This document shows, piece after piece, positions 40,195 through 53,844 of a stretch of DNA of 64,000 bases. The first letter of the stretch is position 1; the number at the start of each line of letters is the position of its first letter. The DNA is from Chrysomallon squamiferum (lineage: Eukaryota; Animalia; Mollusca). The notes below the pieces were generated by a model. That model made no database searches and had not been told where the DNA came from. It saw nothing but the letters and a program-made list of their open reading frames with translations. Location of the stretch: contig CM022666.1 in the NCBI GenBank assembly GCA_012295275.1, positions 14,756,001-14,820,000 on the forward strand, read 5' to 3'. The translations under genes and the position numbers were made by a program.

Positions 40195-41751
40195 ATACTT
40201 CAGATACATATCTATATAACACAGGGGTACTACCGATATATATCTAAATAACACAGGAGTCCTACATATCTAGATAACACAGGAGTCCTGCGGATACATA
40301 TCTAGATAGCACAGGGGTACTATAGATACATATCTATATAACACAGGAGTCCTACAGATACATATCTATATAACACATGGGTACTATAGATACATATCTA
40401 TATAACACAGGGGTACTATAGATACATATCTAGATAACACAGGGGTACTATAGATACATATCTATATAACACAGGAGTCCTACAGATACATATCTATATA
40501 ACACATGGGTACTATAGATACATATCTATATAACACATGGGTACTATAGATACATATCTATATAACACAGGGGTGCTATAGATACATATCTATATAACAC
40601 ATGGGTACTATAGATACATATCTATATAACACATGGGTACTATAGATACATATCTATATAACACAGGGGTACTATAGATACATATCTAGATAACACAGGG
40701 GTACTATAGATACATATCTATATAACACAGGAGTCCTACAGATACATATCTATATAACACATGGGTACTATAGATACATATCTATATAACACATGGGTAC
40801 TATAGATACATATCTATATAACACAGGGGTGCTATAGATACATATCTATATAACACATGGGTACTATAGATACATATCTATATAACACAGGAGTCCTACA
40901 GATACATATCTATATAACACATGGGTACTACAGATACATATCTATATAACACATGGGTACTATAGATACATATCTGTATAACACAGGGGTGCTATAGATA
41001 TATACCTATATAACACAGGGGTACTATAGATACATATCTATATAACACAGGAGTCCTACAGATACATATCTATATAACACATGGGTACTATGGATACATA
41101 TCTATATAACACATGGGTACTATAGATACATATCTATATAACACATGGGTACTATAGATACATATCTATATAACACAGGAGTCCTACAGATATATATCTA
41201 TATAACACATGGGTACTATAGATACATATCTATATAACACATGGGTACTATAGATACATATCTATATAACACAGGGGTGCTATAGATACATATCTATATA
41301 ACACATGGGTACTATAGATACATATCTATATAACACAGGAGTCCTACAGATACATATCTATATAACACAGGGGTACTATAGATACATATCTATATAACAC
41401 ATGGGTACTATAGATACATATCTATATAACACAGGAGTCCTACAGATACATATCTATATAACACATGGGTACTATAGATACATATCTATATAACACATGG
41501 GTACTATAGATACATATCTATATAACACAGGGGTGCTATAGATACATATCTATATAACACAGGAGTCCTACAGATACATATCTATATAACACATGGGTAC
41601 TATAGATACATATATATATATAAAACACAGGGGTGCTATAGATACATATCTATATAACACAGGAGTCCTACAGATATATACCTATATAACACAGAAGTCC
41701 TGCGGATACATATCTAGATAACACAGGAATCCTGCATATCTAGATAACACA
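40195..41751. repeat. 32-bp minisatellite (~48 units), consensus GATACATATCTATATAACACATGGGTACTATA, with four main variants
   Basis: Period of 32 measured from 40581 to 40613. The internal inverted repeat TATAGATA-CA-TATCTATA spans unit junctions. Confidence 0.97.
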
Positions 41752-42275
41752 GCGGTTTTAGTGTGCAATATTCCGATCGATCTGTTGCAAATACTATTTC
41801 AGTTACTACTATTAATAACCTCCACTACAACTACTTCTACTACATCTACTACTATTGTAACTACAACAATTTTTACCATTATTACTAAGACTATTACTAT
41901 TACTGGTATTATTACTAACATTACTGCCACTATCATTTCTTTTACTACCACTACAGTTACTATGCTATTACTGCTTTTACTATAAGTGGTACTACTTTCA
42001 GTCAAATTAATTAGCTTACTAAATATATTTTTCTTGCAGTGGGCAAGGAGGCGGATAAAGTTTTTTTTGATATATCGCTGGATATCGTGACCACATTTTA
42101 AAAATTTAATAAATCAACATATTTTTGGATATGTTCATTACTCTGGTGTCTTCTTTATCTTCTCCTTTTGCTTTTTATATATATTTTTTTTTTTTTTGGA
42201 TAAGAAGACAACGAAATTCGATTTCTTTTGTAACATGATTTGCATGCCACCTGCATGGATAGAAATTAATTGAAT

Positions 42276-42398
<123 letters not shown>

Positions 42399-43258
42399 GT
42401 ATGTCTATCTGTGTCTCTCTGTCTTTCTCTCCCTCAGACACACACACACACACACACACACAGATATTTAAAATAAACGAATACGTGAAAAATGAACGAA
42501 ATATTTATTCATTTATTTATTTATCATGATATTCTTTTTATCACAAATACAGACAGAAACACAGACATAAACATGCATATAAGCCTGGCCTCAACTTCTT
42601 TAGCTTGGTAAAATAACCTCTTTTTTTTTCTTCTTCTTTTTTTTCTTCAAAAGATGTTCAGCTACTGTTATGTTGATTTTGTCAATCAGGTATCACGCAG
42701 AGCTTTGCACAGTCTTTTCTTTATCATTGATTTGAACGTCAACACAAATCCACTTCAGAAACCAGAGATTTTCTTTCTAATTCCCCACACGCTGCATTGT
42801 AACCAGGCTTTTCTGCTTAAAGTTTTCCACGGTGACGTGGGGAAATAGTCTAAATATATTCTGCATATTTCTAACGTATATCTCACCAGTTCATTTCCTT
42901 TCTGTCTTATACGCAGTATAATTCAAAAAAAGTTCAGGTTAAAACAACAACAACAATAATAAGAAATAAATAAATAAATACTGCGTCACCATAGATACAT
43001 GGTCGTGACGTCACTGCATGCAATTCGTTCTGCTTTCTTCTAGCGCTCAGGGGAAAAGTACAATTATTTGACCAATGACGTCACGACTTCATTTGTGAAG
43101 GAATAAAATGGCGTCGTTCAATCGCTTAGCAAAAGTATAATTTTATTATAATTTATATATTATTAAACTCGATACGTCACTGAAGCGAAATACAACAATT
43201 ATTTTTAATATTATTATTTATAATATACATATTTTAATGATCAAGAAGTGTGTAATAT

Positions 43259-43583
43259 ATGTTAATGTTAGTCTTTAAACTAATGGTTGTGTTAGTGTGT
43301 TAGTAAATGTTAATGTTAGTGTGTAAATGAATGTTAGTATTAGTGTGTAAGTAAATGTTAGTCCTAATGTGTAAGTAAATGTTAGTGTTAGTGTGTAAGT
43401 AAATGTTAGTGTTAGCGTGTAAGTAAATGTTAGTGTTAGTGTAAGCAAATGTTAGTGTTAGTGTAAGTAAATGTTAGTGTTAGTGTGTAAGTGAATGTTA
43501 GTGTTAGTGTGTAAGTAAATGTTAGTGTTAGTTTAAGTAAATGTTAGTGTTAGTATAAGTAAATGTTAGTGTTAGTGTGTAAG
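43259..43583. repeat. 22-24-bp minisatellite GTAAGTAAATGTTAGTGTTAGTGT
   Basis: Directly visible tandem units. Confidence 0.92.
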
Positions 43584-43602
43584 AAATGAGTAAAAGTATC
43601 TC

Positions 43603-43637
<35 letters not shown>

Positions 43638-43661
43638 GACAGACAGACAGACACAGACACA

Positions 43662-43703
<42 letters not shown>

Positions 43704-44124
43704 CCTGGCGAACTAATTAGATCGAATATCTTGACATATTTGAAAAGGCTGAGATTTCTTTGAGATTTGTAGCAACAAAACATCAAAAATAATTTTCCTT
43801 TGAACCGTGCCGCCAAGCGGTTAAAATAGAAATATTTGAGGGGAAAAAGAAACAAAGTTAATCTTGAAAAAAAAAAATAATAATAACAAATAATAAAAAA
43901 TAAAAAAAAAGTAAAAAAAAAGAAAAAAGAAAAAATAGCAAAGATTCAATTGGAAATTCCCAGACAAAATAATTTTTATTAGTTTGTTATTTTCCCTCAA
44001 GACATCCAAAAGGGAAACACAAGAGGTATTTAGAGAGAAGAAGCCAAAGGAAGAAAACAACCCAGAAAGCAGCATTGTCAAAGAAAAGTGATTTCACACA
44101 AACGAAATTACATTTTACAGAAAA

Positions 44125-44182
<58 letters not shown>

Positions 44183-44249
44183 TAAAATAATAAATATATA
44201 AAAATCGTAAGAAAAACTGTTATTTTATTACTTTACTTCCCTTGTAAGC

Positions 44250-44323
<74 letters not shown>

Positions 44324-44759
44324 CTCTCTGACATATATATATATATAGATATATGTCTGTATATATGTACGTATCTACATACATATGTGTATATATATAT
44401 ATATATATTGGTATGTATGCATGTATGTGTATGTGTGTATATGTGTGTACACTCAGATATATGTAGTGTGTACACACATACATACACACATACATACCAT
44501 ACAAACATAGACACAAACAAACCCACAGAAACAATTTCCACGAAATAAATAGATATGTTTGTATGCACATGTCTGTATCAACAGGTATGTATTTGTTTAT
44601 ATATATATATATATTACCTCGTGATTATACTTGGATATGCCTGGATATCTGTGTCATGTGACTATTACCACAGATACGACTTATTCTTCCAATGTCAATG
44701 CCAGATCAGCTTGCTATCATTGTATGCATCCACAAATTAGCCCAGTTACCTAAACCACA

Positions 44760-44950
44760 CAAAAAAACAATAACGTATAAAAGACTAATGCGTCGTTTTC
44801 GGTTACCTAACTCTGTCCAATTAGTAACAAGGTCAAACTAGGATCTCGAAATGACAGACTCGTGTCGTTAACAGCAAGGTGGCAGAAGCCCACTCAAATA
44901 GTCGAATTGAACACCACCAAAGACTCGAACCTACGTCCCACAGATCGATA
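44760..44950 (-). mobile_element. Possible decayed tRNA-derived SINE head; similar fragment at 39338-39361
   Basis: Pol III B-box GGTTCGAGTC on - (44922-44931) in the context tcgaacctacgtcccacagatc, echoed by ttgaacctacgacctatcgatc at 39340. No A-box or cloverleaf is visible. Confidence 0.3.
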
Positions 44951-45210
44951 ACTTTGTTTTACTAAAAGATCATGATATGATTGATAATGTCAAAATTCAC
45001 TGTGATGTTTGTGCTGTTGTTTGTGTGTGCTTTCGTGTATGTGTCTTTTTTTTTTTTTTTTTTTTGCGTACGTTTGCGTGGGTGTGTGTTTATGTAGAAA
45101 TGAGCTATTTCGTTATTTATAAAACAGAACGGACAGAAAGACCAATACACTCGTCTGTGTAATTTAAGAATTCCATGTCTTTACAAATTAATATTAAAAT
45201 TAGTTAAAAG

Positions 45211-45253
<43 letters not shown>

Positions 45254-46945
45254 GAAAGAAATTAAAATTGCCAAACTGTCAATGAGGCTTTTGTAAACTT
45301 GTAAATATTAATCATGACTGTAGAGTCAACGAAGCTATATTCACACAGACAGACAAACAGACATACACACAGACACACACAGAGACGTACACACAGTATT
45401 ACACACACACGCACTCATATAAACACATATGGCAAAATTACCAGGAGAAAAATATCAATACAGTCATGATAAATGTTAAATTCGTCTATATATAAACAAC
45501 TAAATATATCACCCTGTTTACTGAGACTATGAGAAAGTCAATTTACGAAATTCCTATCATTTTACTTTATATGCCGAGAGCTATCTTTTTAAATTACTAG
45601 TAGCAGTCGTAGTAGTAGTGGTAGCAATTAATAATACTGTTTCTTCTACTACTGTTATTACATGTACTGTTATTTTTACTACTACTATTACTATTAGGGC
45701 TGCTATTAATACTTTTTATTTTATTATTATTAGCACTGTTGGTTCTAATTCTGTTACATACTACTATTTTTATTGTTATCAATAATACTACATTATTACT
45801 ACAGCTACTGCTGCAACTGTAATTACTATTATCGCTATTAATATTGCTGGTGTTGTTGTTGGTGGTGGTGGTGGTGGTGGTGTTGTGAGAACGCGTGAAA
45901 TATTTAATTTTATCTCTCATTACTACTATAAGTTCTTCAAACGAAACAAAACATACACTGGAAAAAAAAAGAAAAAAAAAATGATTTTCAAGTTCAGACT
46001 AATACTCCATGTAATTATCAATACTAGATTTCGTTTTGGTAGTCAGGTCACACTACAAAAAATACACTTCGCTGAAAAATTTCACCTTGCATTGTCTGAT
46101 AGCGGAAAGAGTAATTACTTTTAGGTGGACATTGTTGAATACTCGTTTTCGTAGCCCTGTAAAAATCTCTGTAGTTAACAGTGAAACCACTATTTTAAAA
46201 CAGAGCAGTTCGTAGGTTGTTCCTTGCATGACTGAATCTACCCTGAACTGTTCGATATCTTCGATCCTGTTCCAAATCAGTCTTTGGAATATGAACTAAG
46301 ATGAATCCGAATCTCTCGCGGAGCAGAAATCCTCAGAAATCTTTGAGATACAATGTATAAAGAAGAAAAACAGAGAGAGAAAAAAACTGAACGAAACAGA
46401 TAAAGAAAAAAAAAAAAAAGAAAATCGAAGTTCTTAATTCCGCTGCAGTGATGATACTGTACGTCATAAGCTTTACGTCCTGAACAAGTGATAGCTATGT
46501 GGATCAGTGACGAGGATAAAAAAAATCAAAAATAAAAACTGAACAAAACAAAACAAAACAAACAAAAAAAACTATAAAAAAATCAAAAAAAAAATAATTA
46601 ATGCGTCTCGATTATAAATGTCCTTCCAATGTAATACTTCCTAGTTCACCAGTTTGCTGTTAGTTTTTTTGTTTTCTTTTTCTTTTCATGTTTTCTCTTT
46701 GTAGTAGTTATTAGTGTCATTTCGTTCTTCCTGTCACGTTTTATGTGTTTCATATGTGAAATCTTCATATCATTTGTCTTCTCGTTTAGCATTTTCAATT
46801 CTAGACAATTTTTAGACACTGATTTATTAAACATGTTAGTGTGTTCCTTTCTGTTCATTTTGTCACTTATTCATTTAAACTTTTTTTTCTTTCTAATGTA
46901 TTCCTTCGTTCTTTAATAATAATAATAATAATAATAATAACAGTG

Positions 46946-46979
<34 letters not shown>

Positions 46980-47594
46980 CAGTAGTAGTAGTAATATTAA
47001 TAATAATAATAATAACAACAAAAATAACCATTATTATTATTATTATTACATACTCTTATATTTTCGTGAACGAAAAAGAACCAAAATCCTAAGTAGTGAC
47101 TGTGGTAGTTATTTGTTGTCGTTGTTGTTGTTACTATTATTATTATTCTTTCTTCTTCTTTTATATTTATAATAGCAGACGCAGCGGTAACAGTAACGAC
47201 AGTAATAATCCGTCTCATTATTAACTGCTGGCTTTAGAAACACAGTGAACAGATTCAAGGCGACAAGTCAATGAACGTAATGTAATTAACGTTCGTTACG
47301 TGAGGTAATTCAGTAAACTGAGATTTCTTGGCTGGTATGTCACGACAAAATATGTTAGTTAATTAAGACAAATTTAATATAGGCAGTTTTGTTTTTTTCT
47401 TTCTTTGTAGTTGTTTTGTTTTTTAATTCTTTTTTCTCTATGCAGTTGCGGAAGGCGTAGCAGTTAAAGTAGTTTTAGCAATGGTAGTCGTAGTAGTAGT
47501 TGTTGCAATAGTTGTTGCAGTAGTAGTAGTAGGTTTAGTAGTAGTTGTAGTAGAAGTAGTTTTAGTAGTAGTAGTAGTAGAAGTAGTTTTAGTG

Positions 47595-47636
<42 letters not shown>

Positions 47637-47738
47637 ATGGCATCACTGTTCTGACAGAAAAAAATTCAAAAACAAACAGGATATTAAGAACTAAGAAGAG
47701 AAGGAGAACAATTATTATTATTATTATTATTATTATCA

Positions 47739-47769
<31 letters not shown>

Positions 47770-48277
47770 AAATAATTAAATTAGCAAACAACAAACAAGC
47801 AAACAAACAAACAAAAAACAGATAAATAAATAAATAAGTACATAAATAAATAAATAAATGTTATAAAATAAAAGAAAAGTAAACTAAATATGATAGTACA
47901 AGTCTCCTGTCACACTGATAGAAATACTAATAGATACAATTACTCTGAGCAATATATTCAACTATCATCTTCAGTATTATTATTATCATCATCTTCATTG
48001 TTGTTGTCGTCGTCATCGTGATCATTAGTATTATCATCATTATCATCATCACATTTTTATAATTTTATTTTTCATCAAGTTTGTTTATCAGCAGCATCAT
48101 TATCATCATCGTACCATTATACTTTATTTTTCATTAGCATTTCTCATCACTGTTATTTGCCTTCGTCATCATCATCATAATCATCATACGACTATAATTA
48201 TATTTCTCATCACATTTGTTTATCATCATAATCATCATCAACACACTGTTATAATTTTATATCTAATCTCTGATATT

Positions 48278-48339
<62 letters not shown>

Positions 48340-48657
48340 TGTCATCACTCTTCTTTATCATACAAATCTGAACTAGTCGGAATAAGGAGGTAAACGAAAA
48401 TTTATGCTATTCGACTTGTCTTTGATCGACAGTAAGTGTTACTGAATAAGGAAGACGAGGATCGAAAAGCAGCATCTTAAATCAATAGTCGTCCACGGAA
48501 AATACTTTATTTATGATGTTTGTCTTTCTGACTTGGAGTTCACTAATACTTCACTAATTATCTACACTGCATACTTAGACACCAGTAATCTTTAAAGTCG
48601 CTATGATTTTACACTGACAAACAAAAGGGACAAAAATACTATAATTATCTTGAACAA

Positions 48658-48691
<34 letters not shown>

Positions 48692-49035
48692 ATGTGTGTG
48701 TGTAATAATAATAATAATGATGATAATAATAATAATAAAATAAAATAAATGATAATAATTAAAGAATAATTAAAATAAAATAAATTAATAAAACATTATC
48801 ATGCAGCAAATATAATTTTATTTTCTACATCAAAATGTTCTACCGGTTCAGAATGTTTTGCCCATGTGATAAAACAAACAGTTTTAAATTAAAAACACGA
48901 TCCCAGAAAAGTAACGTAAAGAAATCATCCGTACTATTTCTGTTCAGTATGATTATTATAACGATTAATGTATGACAGTTCCAACGGACAGGATGAATGA
49001 TTGTAGACAGTACAGAAAAAAGAAAATGATCTACA

Positions 49036-49436
49036 TCAAAAAATGTAAAGTTAATAAAAATTACAAAAACAAAAATTACAAAAAAAAAAAAAGAGAAAAG
49101 AAAAAAAAAAAAAAGAAAGAAAGAAAAAGAAAGAAAAGAAAAGAAGTAATAATAAAAATTAATAAAAAAAAAGTAAAAAAAAAAAAATTCTGCTGAATTG
49201 TTTAAAACAAAGACGCTCTGTCTCTCTGTCTCTGTCTCAAAAATGTAAAGTTAATAAAAGGAAATTACAAAAACAAAATTACAACAAAAAAGAAAAGAAA
49301 AGAAAAAAAAAGAAAAGAAAAGAAAAGAAAGAAAAGAAAAGAAGTAATAATAAAAATTAATAAAAAAAAAGTAAAAAAAAAAAAATTCTGCTGAATTGTT
49401 TAAAACAAAGACGCTCTGTCTCTCTGTCTCTGTCTC
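49036..49436. repeat. ~200-bp tandem duplication (49036-49236 and 49237-49436)
   Basis: The non-homopolymer parts are identical (aattctgctgaattgtttaaaacaaagacgctctgtctctctgtctctgtctc). Differences are mostly in A-run structure. Confidence 0.92.
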
Positions 49437-50119
49437 TCTCTCTGAGTCACACGCAGAACTTACTTCCATTAACACTACTTGACAATAACAATTACGACAT
49501 TCGTAACTACGTTAGAAATCGCTCCGTTTGTTTTTTTTTTTTTCGAAACCACTGCTTTCTGGGTAATTCAGAACAGACGTCTTATCGACACGAGCAACCC
49601 GCATTAATTCAATGAAACGGTGTTAACTTACATTAACGTTACTTTTTATATCTGACACTTTGTGGCGTAGATTTGTATCACTGCAAGTACCTGCGGGTTT
49701 AAACTGCCTTTATTTTCCGGTCTCATTATTATCATTTTTTTTTTTTTTTAAATTAAACTTCCTAATAGAGCACAGACCATTTTACGTTTCATTAAGCTAT
49801 TGATAAAAATTCTTCACGTGATTAAACTCTATTTGAAGTGCAATTCTGAAACCATTATTTAATTTGTCTGATTTTTTTTTCTACCTTTTTTTTTTTTTTT
49901 TATGTTAGAAAGGAAAATGGATGACAAAATGCCTAGTTGCCATTAATATTCATAAAACATAGGTCTGTATATTGTTTTATTTATTTTTGTTTTTCTGTAT
50001 GATAATAACGATAATAATAATATCAACAACAACAATAGTAAATATAATAATAATAATAATAAATGTAATAACAACAACAATAACAACAGCGATATTAATA
50101 ATAACAACAACAACAAAAG

Positions 50120-50173
<54 letters not shown>

Positions 50174-50553
50174 TTAATAACTACTACTACAACAACAAAT
50201 AGCCACCGCAGCCACTTATCAACATTTTGGGTTTTCGAAAATATAAAGAAATATTTTATTAATAGAATCTTTAACGGGAATGTAATAGAATATATGTTGT
50301 ATGTCTTCACAGAAAATATATTTATATATGTGCTGTCAGTGGTAATTACGTGGCAGACTACAACTGTATTGCGTCATCGGTCTTACTCTATCACCAGACC
50401 GTTCAAATCACACCATTTTAATGATTCTGTTTCTATTTCGGTATTCTTTTTTCTTTCTTTCTTTCTTTCTTCTTTTTTTCTTAGCCTTGTTTCTTTTTGA
50501 ACACAGACTACTTTTGTTTGTTTATTTATTTATTTATCTACTACTACTACTAC

Positions 50554-50605
<52 letters not shown>

Positions 50606-50612
50606 TTATTAT

Positions 50613-50842
50613 CAGTGACATTTCCCACATTCCTGTCTTCAGAGTGACAGTTTCCACATTCCTTTCTTCAGAGTGACAGTTCCCACATTTCTTTCTTCAG
50701 AGTGACAGTTCCCACATTCCTATCTTCACAGTGACAGTTCCCACATTCCTATCTTCACAGTGACAGTTCCCATATTCCTTTCTTCAACAGTGGCAGTTCC
50801 CACATTCCTGTCTTCACAGTGGCAGTTCCCACATTCCTTTCT
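50613..50842. repeat. 29-bp minisatellite (8 units) AGTGACAGTTCCCACATTCCTTTCTTCAS
   Basis: Unit starts at 50614, 50643, 50672, 50701, 50730, 50759 and onward. Confidence 0.95.
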
Positions 50843-51377
50843 TTACACTACAGATGTGTTTGATTTCAGAATATTAGTCTTTCTTCTAAGGATTTCTTTT
50901 TTCCTTTTCTCTGTTTCATTTATTTCTGTGCACATTATCGAATTTTTGAACAATTACGAGATGGCAGAAGAATGGAAGTCGTGTTGGAAAATACAAACAA
51001 AAGAAACCTGACTCACCTCGCTTTCGTCTAATTAATTTTGTATAACAACAAAGTGAAGCACTTTGTTAGATTCAACTGTGACACGACATTCAGGAATTCT
51101 GTTTAAATTATCTTCTTTTATTTTTTATTTTTTTCTCAGTCTTTTCTTCTTCTTTTTTTTTTACTATTATTTTGTTATGTGGTTATAGTGTATATAACTG
51201 AAAATGTTATGAATATTTAATTAATTGTTAGCCACACGTGACTCACTCACACACAGAGACACAAGATGTGACTGCGTGAAATATTAAAGACAGATTATTG
51301 TTGTTGTTTTTTTTTAAAATGTTTTATATGTATCATACCGTTTATACCGTTGTTATACCTGCTTTAATAATAATAAC

Positions 51378-51463
<86 letters not shown>

Positions 51464-51534
51464 GAGCAGTAGGAGCAGCAGAAGCAAAAGTTGTTATTAT
51501 TATTACTAGTAACAGAAGTAGTAGTATTCTTATG

Positions 51535-51605
<71 letters not shown>

Positions 51606-51889
51606 ATTGTTATTAATATATCGTAATTCAATTTGCTCGTATATCAAATCAATTTTCCAAAATGAAATTAACTGAAATACCATTAATACGTTCCAGCCCC
51701 TCAAAACCACCCCAATTTTTTGTAATTTGTTTTTAAATAAGAAAGAATGTATTTATAAATGACAAATATTGTATAAACAAAAATAAATAAATAAAAGAGA
51801 CTGTAAAGAAATAAATTGTTTTTTATAAAGTGTATTTATCTTCGAGATCAGACAAATTATTTTAACACCTTTGGCTGGAGTTAAAGCCT

Positions 51890-52210
51890 TTATCGAATAT
51901 GAATTCAAAGGACATTATTCTTTTTCATCACAGCACTATCCTTTGCACTCACTTTCTTAGGATTCATGGTCAGAAAAAAGAAATTTGGCAAAATACTGCA
52001 AAAAACGGAGCACTACACAACAGAGATGCTACGATGGCGAGGTAACCACGTAAAGTAAATGAGTGAGACGCGGGATGCTGGTCGGAGGTTGTACTGTTCG
52101 TTGCGCCAACTAGCGGCGGCGTAGCTAATGCTCACTCGTAACTCGGATTTTGGCTCGTAACTCAAAGCAAAAAACGAAAGTTGGGGCACTCATAAGTCAA
52201 GGTACCGCTG
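51890..52210 (-). mobile_element. Decayed 5' end of a Tigger/pogo (Tc1-mariner superfamily) DNA transposon, including the transposase start
   Basis: On - it reads TA|CAGCGGTACCTTGACTTATGAGT (TA target site at 52211-52212), like the Tigger TIR CAGTGGTACCTCGACTTACGAG, with subterminal CTCGTAACTC repeats. ATG at 51967 gives MNPKKVSAKDSA..KK then a frameshift to RIMSFE, resembling recalled Tigger transposase N-termini (MGPKKVSxKDSxEKKKRMMSIE). Confidence 0.75.
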
Positions 52211-53325
52211 TATATACATATAGATAAACATAAACATATAGATATTATCATTAATAGATTATAATATATGAAAGCTTGTTAACATTTATTTTATCACACA
52301 CACATACACACACACACACACAGACACACACACACCCATGCACTCACACACACGCACGCACAATGACCAAATGACTGCTGAATGTGTGCAGAAAAGATTT
52401 ACAAGCACTTTAGCGGTGAACGATAATATTTTAACATAAACTGACTGAGGCTGGCTGAGATTACACCAATTCTTTGCCGTTTGACTTCCCCTAAGGAACG
52501 CAGCTAAGTTCATTCAATACGCTTTAAGTAACTTAGTGTCCCCCATAACGAAGCCAGTACACTCAGGCTACAAAATACATCTCTGCAGTGTTTTTATAAA
52601 ATATCGGATGAAGAAAGGCCGAGTCGCATTTGGTGATAATAGATGTCAATTAAGACTGCAGTGAGGTATTGTTTACCAGTATCATTATTGTCTTCCGCGT
52701 GTTTGAAAGTACTTAGTTCCCGAGGACGTCAACTACGTCAACTACGTCAACTACGTCAACTGTCTTCTTTCCGAGATTTGTTTTAAAGTGTTGCTGCATT
52801 GGTTTCCTGGCGAGTATTAGCTAAACAATGCTCACTGATTGCGTTACTGCGGTTTCACAGAGTTTTGCATCGAAATGGAGCCACTAATTATCTCCTTGTT
52901 GTACCAGTCTATGAAAGTTAATATTCTTGAAGAATTCAAGAATTGATTTAATCAGTTCTATTTGGGTAGAAAAGTGTACTTTTTGTTACCTTCTCTCTTA
53001 CACCTTCCTCGTAAATTGTTTGCTTTTTTTTTTTGTTTTTGTTTCTTTGTTCTGCACCCAATCAAATGTAAACACTCCCACACAACAATACACTCATGTA
53101 TTATATGTGTGTGTGTGTTTATGTATGTATGTTTGTATGTACATTGTAACATATATGAATGTATTCCAGAAAGGTACTGTTTTGTTGTTGCTTGTTTTAA
53201 CTCATACTACTAGAATGTTTTATGCACGTTCAGTAATAATACGTAACAGTTTCATTCATATTCGCGGTTTATTTAATAAACTACAAGGACACAAAAGCTT
53301 CGTCAGATGCAATTGCTTGTAATGT

Positions 53326-53369
<44 letters not shown>

Positions 53370-53844
53370 AGTAAAAAAATAAAAAAAATAAAATAGAATA
53401 AAATAAATTATAATTAATTAAACTTAAAAAAATAATAATAAAAAATAAATAATATTTTGAAAATATGGACAACAACAAAAAGAGTAATCGATATAATATG
53501 ATTTCCTGCATGCGTATTCTCTTAATATAAAAACAATTTCACTACAGTATGTAACTTACGCATGAAGGCGCAGCCTCTACAAACATCTGACTGAGCCGTC
53601 AATACAATGTGTAAGCTTATGTATCAAATAAACTGTTTTAATGAGACCCCATAGAATCGCCACAGGTCACACTCCGACCGCATGTCAATGTACCTTAGAG
53701 AATACACGAGAATATGTTGCATCAGGTCTCTGAACTTTACTGTTTAACCTTTGCTTGCCTATAGTTTAACAGGTTGCAAGATCCATTGTTTTTTTGTTCT
53801 TTTTAATTTCATTGGTTTCTCTAATTTAGAAAATACTGTTATAA

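Noticed and set aside
40195-41751. CRISPR-like look (palindromic constant part plus variable linker)
   Set aside because: The linkers are four near-identical ~12-nt variants, not unique spacers. The context is eukaryotic with no cas genes. It is a minisatellite.
43259-43583. Interstitial telomere or array of GTAAGT splice donors
   Set aside because: TTAGTG is not the TTAGGG/TTAGG telomere unit and sits within a 22-24-bp monomer. There is no upstream plus-strand exon to use the donors.
44900-44950. tRNA gene
   Set aside because: Only a B-box is present, with no A-box, acceptor stem or cloverleaf. At most it is a SINE remnant.
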